This document shows, piece after piece, positions 11,897 through 22,254 of a stretch of DNA of 64,000 nt. Within the stretch, counting starts at the first letter, position 1; every line of letters begins with the position of its first letter. The notes under the pieces are model-generated. The model had not been told where the DNA came from and did no database searches. It saw only the letters and a program-made list of their open reading frames with translations. Made by a program: the position numbers and the translations under genes. Source of the stretch: Mobula hypostoma (lineage: Eukaryota); contig NC_086106.1 of NCBI RefSeq assembly GCF_963921235.1, forward strand, positions 26,040,001 through 26,104,000, in the 5' to 3' direction.

Positions 11897-11935
11897 AGTT
11901 TTTGTCCTGATCCGCCGTCACTCTGGAACACTGTG
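11897..11935 (-). other. 23-bp-spacer recombination signal sequence of V1
   Basis: CACAGTG (11935-11929), 23 nt TTCCAGAGTGACGGCGGATCAGG, ACAAAAACT (11905-11897). Confidence 0.97.
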
Positions 11936-12367
11936 GTCTCCACGGCGCAAAGATACAGGGCGGAATCCGGCATAACAGTCTTGGAAATACTTAAATAAAA
12001 CCGCTGGCCAGTTTTGTTTAGAGAACCTGAAACCCTGTCCGAAATGCCTTCAGGCCGATCCGCGTTTCCAGAGCTGAATATTGTTAACAATAGTTTCAGA
12101 GATTTTCCAGAATGTTGAGCGTACCAGAAATAGGCACTGCCTGTTTCCGAGTAGCTGCAGCTCAGCGACGCTGTCTGACCTTCCTCGATCATTAATTCCC
12201 TCCGATCTTGTGTCACCGAGATTGCCGCACTCGTACCTGTAACAAATCCCAGAGTGTGTGAGCGGCGCCGGATCGCACTGAACATGAAAAACACGCGCTA
12301 ACCGATTAACCAGAGACTCACCAGGGAGAGCAGCCGTTAGAATCAGCAACCAATACATGGGAGACAT
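11936..12367 (-). CDS. TRAV: TCR alpha/delta V segment, family A, apparently functional (V1)
   Basis: Leader exon 12367-12322 (MSPMYWLLILTAALP-G), GT..AG intron 12321-12237 (85 nt, phase 1), V exon 12236-11936 open: SAAISVTQDRRELMIEEGQTASLSCSYSETGSAYFWYAQH...DSALYLCAVET with both Cys and the Trp; followed by a canonical 23-RSS. Alpha versus delta cannot be resolved without J/C. Confidence 0.92.
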
Positions 12368-12427
12368 GGTGTCTGCATTACAATCAATATAATTTATGAA
12401 ATTGTGACTCGATACAAGGCAATACCT

Positions 12428-12526
12428 TGACGTCAGGACCAGCAGGGACTTAATGGGAGACAGGAGGCGTGTCTCTCGCACCTCATTTGTCACTTACGCA
12501 AGATAAAGGATTATGAAACCAATCAG
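12428..12526 (-). promoter_or_regulatory. V1 promoter: CRE palindrome and CCAAT box
   Basis: TGACGTCA at 12428-12435 (~60 nt upstream of the ATG) and CCAATCAG at 12519-12526. CCAATCAG recurs at the same offset upstream of other V copies (28096, 34254, 41742). Confidence 0.7.
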
Positions 12527-12769
12527 AGCAGGCGTGTCTTAACGGACTCTCTCAGTTTCTCTCTCTTGGTCCTTCTCGCCCGTCTTCATCTCGTCGTTTG
12601 AATTCTTCGCACATCCTGTCTCCTTCCCTTCTTTCTCTCCCTTAATCAATTTCTCAACTGTTTGCCGACTCTTCTCTCCTTTCTGTTTTCCCCTCTCTTT
12701 TCCTTTCTCATTTGTTCGGAACCACTTTTATCCGTTCTCCTTTGAAGTAAGTGAGCATGTTGTATCGGT

Positions 12770-14405
12770 CTTCACTGTGGAAGACACCAGCATGTGCCAG
12801 CTGTTAAAGGGTGCAAGGGAAGAGAAGCGAATGCAATTACAATTACAAAGGAAAAGCTGTTCAAAATGCCGAAGAACCAAAAGATAATGTCATCCAGACC
12901 CGACGAACTGCACACTAGGTTTCTGTAAGAGGTAGTGGTAGAGATTGTAGAGGCATGAGTAATGATCCTTCAAAAATCATTGGATTCTGGTATGGTGGCA
13001 GAGGTTGAAAAATTGAAAATGCTCCTTTAAGGAAGGAGGAAAAGAGAAAAGAAATTATAGACCAGTTATCTTGACCTCAGTGGTTTGAGTCAATTGTTCG
13101 GGATAAGTTTATAGAGTACTTGGTGACACAGGACAAGACAGGGCAAAGTCAACATGGTTTCCTTAAGAGAAAATCTTGCCTGACGAACCTGATGGAATTT
13201 TCTGAGGAGATTATAAGAAGGATAGATTAGAAAAAAAACATGTAGTGGATGCTGTATATTTGGATTTACAGAAGACCTTTGACATGGTGCCACACAGGAG
13301 GATGCTTACCAAGATAAATGCCCATGTTATTACTGGAATGGTTAGATCATTGCCTGATTGGTAGGAGACAGCGAGTGGGAATGAAAGATATTTTTTTCTG
13401 ATTGGCTGCCAGTGACTAGTGTTGTTCTGCAGGGTTCGGTGTTCGGCTTCTTCTTTTTAAGTTTACAGATGATGCGAAGATTGATGGAGGTGCAGGTAGT
13501 GTTAAGGAAACAGGTAGGCTGCAGAAAGAATTAGTCAGATTGGGAGAATGGAAAAGAGAGTTGCAAATAAGATACAAAGTTGGATAATGCATGGTCATCA
13601 CTTTAGTAGAAGAAATAAATGTGCAGACTATTTCCGAAACGGGAAGAAAATCCAAAACCCTGAGATGCAAAGATGCAAAGGTACTTGGGAGTTCTTGTGC
13701 ATAACTCCCAAAAGATAAATTTGCAGGTAGAGTCGGCGGTAAGAAGGCAACTGCATTATTAGCAGTCATTTGAAGAGATCTAGAATACACGAGTAGGGAT
13801 GCGATGCTGAGGCTTTATAAGGCACCGATGAGGTCTCACCTTGTGTATTATGAACAGCTTTTGGCTCCTCATCTAAGAAAAATATGCTGCCATTGAAGAG
13901 AGTTCGGAGGAGTTTCACAAGGATTATTCGGGGAATGCAAGGGTTATATCATACGAGGAACTTTGACAGGTCGAGGACTGCACCTAATGGAATTGGGAAG
14001 AATAAGGAGGGATCTCATTGAAACGTTTCAAATGTTGAAGGGCCTAGACAGAGTAGATATGAAAAGGATGGTTCCCATAATGGGGGGTCCTGGACAAGAG
14101 GGCATAGCCTCGGGATAGAGGCCCGTCAATTTAAACCAGAGATCCAGAGAGATGTATCCAGAGGGAGGTGAATTTGTGGAATCTGTTACCACCTGCACCT
14201 ATGGCGGCCAGACCGTTAGGTGTATTTAAAGCAGGGGTTGATAGGTTCTTGTTTGGCCACGGCACCAAAGGTTACAAGGAGAAGGCCGGAGAGAGGTGCT
14301 GAGGAGGGAGGGAAATAGATCAGTCATGACAATGGCGGAGGAGACTTGATGACCCAAATGGCCTAAATCTGCTCCTATGTTTTATGGTCTTCTGGTCTTA
14401 TGGTA
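12770..14405 (+). mobile_element. CR1 LINE RT region, degenerate (paralog 28370-29540)
   Basis: NYRPV, QHGF..GKSCLTNL and FDMVPH remnants; (TCTTATGG)n-type tail. Confidence 0.85.
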
Positions 14406-14744
14406 TCTTTCAAAATGAGCAGGTTTTAACAGGGTCTCTCACTTTTTGCCATCTTCCCTTCTTTCTCTCCCTTATTCACTGATTCTCACCTGTTTTCTAA
14501 CTCCCCTTTCGCTCAATTCCTCTCTTTCCCTTTCTCTTTATTTGTTCTCCCCCTTTGACCCATTTTCTCCACTCTGTTCTCTCCCTCCCCCTTCTCATTT
14601 CCTGAATGTCTCCATCTTGTCTCCATCGAATGTCTCCCCTTTCCGCTCTCTCCTTGCTCTGCCTTTCTTTGTCTCTTTATCCCTTTTTCTGACTCTCTCT
14701 AAATTATTTTGCTCTCTCTCTACCGCGCTCATTCTCTCTCTACT

Positions 14745-14745
<1 letters not shown>

Positions 14746-14815
<70 letters not shown>
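14746..14815. repeat. (CT)n microsatellite; similar (CT)n or (CT)n(CA)n tracts at ~16212, 24825, 29890, 33137, 34605, 36738
   Basis: Direct reading. Confidence 0.95.
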
Positions 14816-14823
<8 letters not shown>

Positions 14824-15321
14824 GTCTGTCTACCTGTCTGTGTCTCTGTTTCTCTCACTCTCTCTCCTACCTGGAAGCACATAGGTTCCATAATAATGGT
14901 TACACACTGTGACTACGACAATCACATGGATCAATTACGGGACCATGGTTGTAAAAGAAAAATGGGAAACATGCGGTGCAGTCTCTAAAGTTTGAATTTG
15001 GCCTCACACTGGCATTAGAGAAAGCCGGTGACGTCAGTCTCTCCCTATCTATAAAGTCGCTCTCCTCCTGTATGCATCTCTCCGCCTTCCCCCGTTCCGT
15101 GTCTGAAACTGCAAATAAGGGACGGCAATAAGGGATGTCTTTGCTGGTGCTGGGGGTAGGGGGGTCGGGTGTTGAAGCATTTGTCCCTTGGCGTTGTTAC
15201 CATGAGCAGTCTCTGTCTTGGGAGAATGTATTGTCACCTGGATCTCGTGCACGGGCCCGCTTTGGATGCGAAGGGCAGACTCTGGGCACCCGATGGTCCG
15301 CCAGCTCAATGCTAACAGCTT

Positions 15322-15708
15322 AAATTTTGTCCAGATTCGCCATCACCCTGGAAAGCTGTGGACTGAACAGTGCAAAGCTGCACGGCAGAATCATGCACAA
15401 GAACCCCCGGGATATTCAAATGTAACTGTTGTCCATTCTTGTCCAGAGAACTCAATTCCAACCGGACTGTCGTCAGACCGAAACTCATTACCAGTGATGA
15501 ATAAATGCAACTCAGTGATACGTCTGCCCTCTATCGATCATTACTTCGCTCAGTCAACTAATCTGCCCCACTCGGACTCATAACAAATCCCGGAGTTTGC
15601 GAGTGGCGCTAAATCGCAGTAAGCACGTGGTACAAGTACTTGCCGTTCAGACAGAGATTCACCAGACAGAGCAACAAGGAGGATCAGCAACCATCACAGG
15701 GGAGAGAT
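15322..15708 (-). pseudogene. Family-A V pseudogene
   Basis: Leader 15708-15663 with ATG changed to ATC and an in-frame TGA; donor GTGAAT; acceptor damaged; internal deletion around CDR1-FR2; ends HDSAVQLCTVQ; RSS CACAGCT-23-ACAAAATTT (15360-15322). Confidence 0.85.
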
Positions 15709-16209
15709 GGTGTCCGAATTAAGTCAACAATAGGACATTTTGAAAACGTGACACGAGAGAAGTTAATAACTTCACTCCAGGATCATCCGATACTGCCTGA
15801 GAGGTAGGTGGCCAATCATAACGAGCATGTGATCAGAGGAACACATACAAAACGCTGCAGGAGCTCGGATGGTCAGGCAGTTTATATAGAAATGGATAAG
15901 CAGTCGACATTTCGGGCTGAACCCCTTCTTTAGTGTTCAAAGCGTCTCTCAGTTTCTCACTCTCCGTCTTCCTCGTGCGTATTCTTCTTGCTGTGGGTTT
16001 CCTTCCCTCCTCCACTTAATTTTTGTCTGAATTTCATTTTGTTGCTCTTCCTCGCCTATTTCCTGTCTCTCCTCCCTCTTTCATTGTTCCCCACTCTTTT
16101 CTTTCCTCCCTTTCCGTTTTTTCTATTTCCACTATTTTCCTCTCTCTCTTTCTGTCGTCTTCCTTCTCAATTTCCACTGCTTTGCCGACTTGCTCCGCCA
16201 CTTCTATCC

Positions 16210-16247
<38 letters not shown>

Positions 16248-16469
16248 CACACACACACAAACACACACACTCACTGTAGCTCATTCTGTTTATGCCAGCA
16301 CAATGATCCTTTGACAACGCTTAAACAAGGTCGAACTTTCATAAGTCAGCAGTGACGCTTTGCTTCCCTGCACGCTACCTTGCAAGTATTGAGTCGGTTA
16401 AAATCACAGAGAATGTATTTGTATTTTAAAAGAATTACAAGATAGAGTATGTGGAGACTTTGGAAAAAT

Positions 16470-16590
16470 GGATGCCGGTGTTGAAGGAAGGAGAGGTCAT
16501 CTGGAATGATTCAATGGCCTGGGCTTTCTCTTTTTCCTGATGATCATAACACTGTAACTTGATTTCTAGTTACTGTGAATTTATAATGCA
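16470..16590. repeat. Dispersed ~120-200 bp element upstream of V units (also ~17.95 inverted, 22.38, 34.80, 36.99, 42.26 kb)
   Basis: Shared core TGGAAT..TC.AATGGCC.GG.CTTTC.....GAT.ATA..ACTGT. Confidence 0.65.
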
Positions 16591-17548
16591 GAAATTCACC
16601 ATGACTCGTATGCACACTACAAAGAGTAGGAAGCTTCTGCAGAAATAGTAAACTGCAAGGAAATACTTCCGTTCTGAGGTGGATCAGTAATTTCAGGGGA
16701 AAACGACAAATTCTCCACGACGGTTCACAGAAGATGCACTTGTGGGTGAAATGTTTATACTTTAAGCAGAATATTCAGCAGTTGAATATACGGCAAATGC
16801 ACTTTCTCTGTTCGACCTGTTTAATCATTATCAAGGCATCTTTGTGCTGGCATATGGGATGAACAGAGTGAGTGATAGAGAGCGAGTGAGAGAGGATGAG
16901 AGAGAAGGGGGAAGGCAGAGATGGGAGACAAGGTGAGTGGTATGATGGAGTTTGCGGAGAGCTGGGTGTCAAAGATAAATAGAAAATAAGGGAAGTGGAA
17001 AGAGAAGGTGACTGAGAGAGTGCGTGTGTGAGAGAGAGAGATAAAGTCAGAGAGAGATATAGCAGAGCGAGAACAGAAAGGCAGGGGAAAGATTGAGGGA
17101 AGGAGACAGAGAAAGGAAGAACGGGAAAGAGAAGAAATGCAGGAAGAAAGAGAAATGCAGAGAAAAGAAAGAGGGGAAAGTGAAAAGAGGAGACACGAAA
17201 CATGAGAAAGACTGACTGAGGGACTGGAAGTGCGAAATAAAGAGGAGGCGGGAAGAATTCTGACAGCAAGAAGAAGATGAAGCGCGGGAAATTTGAGAGT
17301 GAGAAACTATGATACACTTTGAACATGGAAGAATCATCTCGGCCCGAAATGACGACTGTCTACCCATTTCTTTACATGCTGCCTGACATGCTGAGTTACT
17401 GAAACATTCTCTGTGTGTTTCTTTGAACACCAGCTCGTTCTGTTTGTCCAGCTATCTTTCATGGAGTGTCCGATGGTCTTGAGCCGAAGATATTAACCTT
17501 TCGCGTCTCATTTTCAAACTGGTCGTTTGTTGCTTTAATTAGGACCCC

Positions 17549-17665
17549 ATGTCTCCCCGTGTTGGTTGCAATTGCTCTGCCTGGTGAATCTCTGTCTGAT
17601 CGGTAAGTACTTGTGTCATGCGGCCAGAGCGATCCGGCGCCGATCATGAACTCCGATATTTGTCT
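17549..17665 (+). pseudogene. Inverted family-A leader exon and intron remnant, V exon missing
   Basis: ATGTCTCCCCGTGTTGGTTGC...GCTCTGCCTG then GTGAATCTCTG, and an intron matching the family-A intron (GCGATCCGGCGCCG), on the plus strand. Confidence 0.75.
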
Positions 17666-18448
17666 CCAACAATCTCGAACACAGATCCGAACGTCACGCT
17701 TTTTTTTTTCAGCAGCCGCACCTTCGGCCCTACGAGCACCGATCCCGCTGAACCATCGGCTCAAGGGAGAGCTACTGAACCCCGAATGAAGATCCTGTGA
17801 ACGTTCTTCGTGCAGAGTGTGCCCGTTGTCCTTTTAAATAAGGCGACCACATAAGAACGAAGTTCTCTCCATTGTCCTTTGCCATCGTTTGAATGCTCCC
17901 TCCTCTGTTTATTGTAATGTGAGTCACGGCGATCAGCTCTCTGAACATGGACCAGAGTAACCAGGATTCTTTACTGTGGAACAATCATTAGCCAGAGGAG
18001 AAAGACCAGGATATTTCATCATTCCAGGTTTCTTCTCAATTAACATTCGCGTCCATTGATCCATCGTCTGCACATATCCCTCAATTGGTTTATGAGATTT
18101 TAATGGATGCAACGTCTCAACTACCTCGCAGAAGAGTAAAACTAGTCAACACCTCCTCTACAACTTCAACATTGTATAACCATTATTATAGAACCTATGT
18201 GTTTTCATGTAACAGAGAGAGAGAGGGAGAGAGAGAGAGAGTGGGGGGGGCAGGTAGCAGAAGAGAACGGAAGAGGCAGATGGTACACTGCGTGAAGAGG
18301 AGTGAGTGAGATAGTAAATGAAGAGATGACACGAAGTGGAGGATCGAGATAAAATAGGTTATAAAGACAAATACAAACAGACAGACGAAATGCGCAATCC
18401 TAATTCTAATTGGAAACCTCATTTATTGTTCGCACCAATGAATCGTTA

Positions 18449-19005
18449 AGACACTGGTGAGCCTCACCTTGGGTATTGTGTACAGTTTTGGGCTCCTCAT
18501 CTTAGAAGAGATGTGCTGGCATTGGAGAAGGTCCAGACGAGGTTCACAAGGATGATTCCAGGATTCTGGGTTATCATACCAGGAACGTTTGATGGCTCTG
18601 GGTCTGCACTCACTGGAATTTAGAAGAATGAGGAGGGATCTCATTGAAACCGTTCGAATGTTGAAAAGGCTAGACAGAGTAGATGTGGAAAGGATGGTGG
18701 GGGAGTCCAGGACAAGTGGACATAGCCTCAGGATAGAGGGGCGTCCATTCAAAACAGAGATGCGGAGAAATTTCTTTAGCCAGAGGGTCGTCAATTTGTG
18801 GAATTTTTTGCCACATGCAGCTGTGGAGGCCCGGTCGTTGGATGTATTTAAGGCAGACATTGATAGGTTCTTGATTGGACATGGCATCAAGGGTTATGGA
18901 GAGAAGGCAGAGAAATAGGGTTGAGGAGGGGAAAAAAAGCATCAGCCATGATTGAACGGCGGAGCAGACTCGATGGGCCAAATGGCCTAATTCTGCTCCA
19001 ATGTC
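18449..19005 (+). mobile_element. CR1 3' fragment inserted into the promoter of the inverted family-B V
   Basis: ORF 18589-18918 LHSLEFRRMRRDLIETVRMLKRLDRVD; splits the sequence that is contiguous at 10.68-10.76 kb. Confidence 0.85.
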
Positions 19006-19134
19006 ACATTAGTCACAAAGCCACAGGGCAATGTTGAAATGTGTAGCAGGACTGGTCTTAGTCTGTAAAATCACTCAACGATATCAACTTTTTGGAAGTC
19101 AGCTGCCTTTCCGTGGAGTGGGAAGTCAGATACC

Positions 19135-19484
19135 ATGTGTTCCCTACGTTATTTATTGATTATGTTGGTTGACCTTTTCTTGCAGGAGAATTAACGGTCG
19201 AGGAAGCACAGGCCGTGAGGTTGAACCAGCAGCTACAACGGCGTCGGTGCACTTTTGGTACATTTGTCATTATGAGGAAACTCCAAAATACTTGCTGAAG
19301 TTATATACCTCTGGAACGGTGGAGTGGTCTCCAGAATCTCCAGTGAGGTGTACCGATGCTTTGCAGAGAGGCAGCAAGGTGGTTCATTTCAATATCTCTG
19401 GAGTTTTGTATCGAAATCCGCCGTCTATCTGCGTGCCATGGGGAGCACTTCATGCCAAGGAGACTATGACTCCCGATAAAATCA
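19135..19484 (+). pseudogene. Inverted family-B V pseudogene
   Basis: ATGTGTTCCCTACGT leader; intron reduced to TTGCAG (19180-19185); FR1 deletion; PKYLLKLYTSGTVEWSPESPVR; second Cys changed to Arg; RSS CACTTCA-23-ATAAAATCA (19446-19484). Confidence 0.85.
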
Positions 19485-19599
19485 GTGCACAGTCGCTAAA
19501 GGGCGATTTTTGCTAGAACACTGGAGGTGGCGCATTCGCGAGGATCACGTAATTGACATAAGAGGGCGAAACTTAATAGCAAAATACATCGGTCAGGAT

Positions 19600-19727
19600 G
19601 TTAGGATAAATGTGGCGAGTGGTTCCATTGAAATATCTCCGGTGGTTTTGTGCCGGATTCCGCTGTGTATTTTCGCACGGATCAGCCCTCACTAATACAG
19701 AGCGACGGCCGATCTTGTGAAATAACT
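19600..19727 (+). pseudogene. Inverted 3' fragment of a family-A V with decayed RSS
   Basis: H*NISGGFVPDSAVYFRTDQP followed by an ATACAGAGCGACGGCCGATCTTG spacer-like sequence. Confidence 0.7.
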
Positions 19728-20609
19728 CATCCTGCGGACAATGGGAGCTCGCATTAGAGGGCGAGCTCGCTCCACCAGCTCTTGCTCAATATCGAACACA
19801 GTTTCGTCCTCGGGACCTCGGCGACAACAAAACCGCCCTGTTAAGAGGCTAATAGAGGCTGCAGGGCCAGAATCACAAAAGTTGGAACACACCCACAACC
19901 CCTAACAGCAATTTCCTACGAGAACGGGAGATATACATGCGTGGATAAAGCTTTGTGAATGAGGAGCAACTTCAGGGAATGCGAGCAAAGGAGGAAAGAG
20001 ATAGGAAGAGTCATCTGGTGGGAGGAGGCCGGCGGTAAAATTGGAAGAGAAAGAGTGAGGGAGATGGGGAAACAGAGTGAGCGAGAGAAAGATTGAGAGA
20101 GAAGGAGAGTAAAGTGAATGGAATGAGACGTCTAAAGCAATGAGATGGCCAGGAAGACATTGATAGAAAGTGCAGTATGTAGACCGAGAGAGTTGGGTGC
20201 AACGCTGGAGAGTAAGGTCAAAATTTTATCTCTTCGTAGAGAGGAAACATGCAATTGTTTTATAAAAGTTGTTTCTGAGCCTGGTTATGCGTGATTTCAG
20301 GGTTTGTATCTCTGCCGATGTAAAAGAGGCAGAGGAGAAGGGGCCGGAATTTTAATCCTGCTGACTACTTTACAAAGACAGCGACAAGTATCGATAGAGT
20401 CTGCGGAGGGAGGCTGAGGTGTTGCGTTGCGTCCTGTGCGTTGGGCTCTACTTAATAACGCCTTTGTCTGCCCTCCTACCCGCCTAACACTGAACCTTAA
20501 CGCCGACAGGAGAATTTCCGTGTAGTGGGATGTGATGGAGACAGCTCCACACATGCTAATACATCTTCATCCCTTTTCTCGACAGTTACCTTCACAAACC
20601 CCTTCAATA

Positions 20610-22254
20610 GAGTCTAATCAGATCGAAATAGAGTACAGATCGAAAAGGAGGAGGTTCTTGCTGTCTTGAGGAAAATTAAAGTGGATAAATCCCCGGGACC
20701 TGACAGGGTGTTCCATCGGACCTTGAAGGAGACTGGTGTTGAAATTTCAGGGGCCCTGGCAGAAATATTTAAAATCTCGCTGTCTACAGGTGAGGTGCCG
20801 GAGGATTGGAGAGTGGCTCATGTTGTTCCGTTGTTTAAAAAAGGATCAAAAAGTAATCCGGGAAATTATAGGCCCGTAAATTTAATGTCGGTAGTAGGTA
20901 AGTTATTGGAGGGAGTACTAACAGACAGAATCTACAAGCATTTGGATAGACAGGGACTTATTAGGGAGAGTCAACATGGCTTTGTGCGTGGTAGGTCATG
21001 ATTGACCAATCTATTGGAGTTTTTCGAGGAGGTTACCAGCAAAGAGGATGAAAGGAAGGCAGTGGATATTGTCTACATGGACTTTAGTAAGGCCTTTGAC
21101 AATGTCCCTCATGGGAGGTTAGTTAGGAAAATTCAGTCGCTAGGTATACATGGAGAGGTGGTAAATTGGATCAGACATTGGCTCAATGGAAGAAGCCAAA
21201 GAGTGGTAGTAGAGAATTGTTTCTCTGAGTGGAGGCCTGAGACTACTGGTGTGCCACAGGGATCAGTGCTGGGTCCATTGTTATTTGTCACCTATATCAA
21301 TGATCTGGATGATAATGTGGTAAATTGGATCAGCAAATTTGCTGACGATACAAAGATTGGAGGTGTAGTAGACAGCAAGGAAGGTTTTCAGAGCCTGCAG
21401 AGGGACTTGGACCAGCTGGAAAAATGGGATGAAAAATGGCAGATGGAATTTAATGCAGACAAGTGTGAGGTATTGCACGTTGGAAGGACAAACCAGGGTA
21501 GAACATACACGGTTAATGGTAAGGCACTGAGGAGTGCAGTAGAACAGAGGGATCTGGGAATAAGATACAAAATTCCCTAAAAGTGGCGTCACGGGTAGAT
21601 AGGATCGTAAAGAGAGCTTTTGGTACATTGGCCTTTATTAATCGAAGTACTGAGTATAAGAGCTGGAATGATTTGATGAGGTTGTATAAGGCATTGGTGA
21701 GGCCGAATCTGGAGTATTGTGTTCAGTTTTGGTCACCAAATTACAGGAAGGATATAAATAAGGTTGAAAGAGTGCAGAGAAGGTTTACAAGGTTGTTGCC
21801 GGGACTTGAGAAACTCAGTTACAGAGAAAGGTTAAATAGGTTAGGACTTTATTCCCTGGAGCGTAGAAGAATGAGGGGAGATTTGACAGAGGTATATAAA
21901 TTTATGATGGGTATAGATAGAGTGAATGCAAGCAGGCTTTTTCCACTGAGGCAAGGGGAGAAAAAACCAGAGGACATGGGTTAAGGGTGGGGGGGGGGGT
22001 TTAAAGGGAACATTGGGGGGACTTCTTCACACAGAGAGTGGTGGGAGTATGGAATGAGCTGCCAGACGAGGTGGTAAATGCGGGTTCTTTTTTAACATTT
22101 AAGAATAAATTGGACAGATACATGGTGGGAGGTGTATGGAGGGATATGGTCCGTGTGCAGGTCAGTGGGACTAGGCAGAAAATGGTTCGGCACAGCCAAG
22201 AAGGGCCAAAAGGCCTGTTTCTGTGCTGTAGTTTCTATGGTTCTATGGTTCTAT
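20610..22254 (+). mobile_element. 5'-truncated CR1 LINE, relatively young
   Basis: RT in three pieces (20666-21001, 21002-21580, 21583-21984) with SPGPD, QGSVLGP and KFADD; (TTCTATGG)n tail. Confidence 0.95.

Larger units (their letters stand above)
16780..20570 (+). other. Inverted block of the V array
   Basis: 16.8-17.65 kb is the reverse complement of 15.6-16.35 kb, and 18.3-20.56 kb is the reverse complement of 22.83-24.8 kb and 9.3-10.9 kb. Confidence 0.88.

Noticed and set aside
11890-11940. Germline-joined VJ gene, as known for shark Ig clusters
   Set aside because: Heptamer, 23-nt spacer and nonamer are intact, so the J-like peptide is encoded by the RSS itself and not by a joined J segment.
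17960-18030. Apparent minus-strand leader peptide (MKY-ILVFLLWLMIVP)
   Set aside because: It needs a frameshift and is simply the inverted copy of the dispersed element at 16.5, 22.4, 34.85, 37.0 and 42.3 kb.
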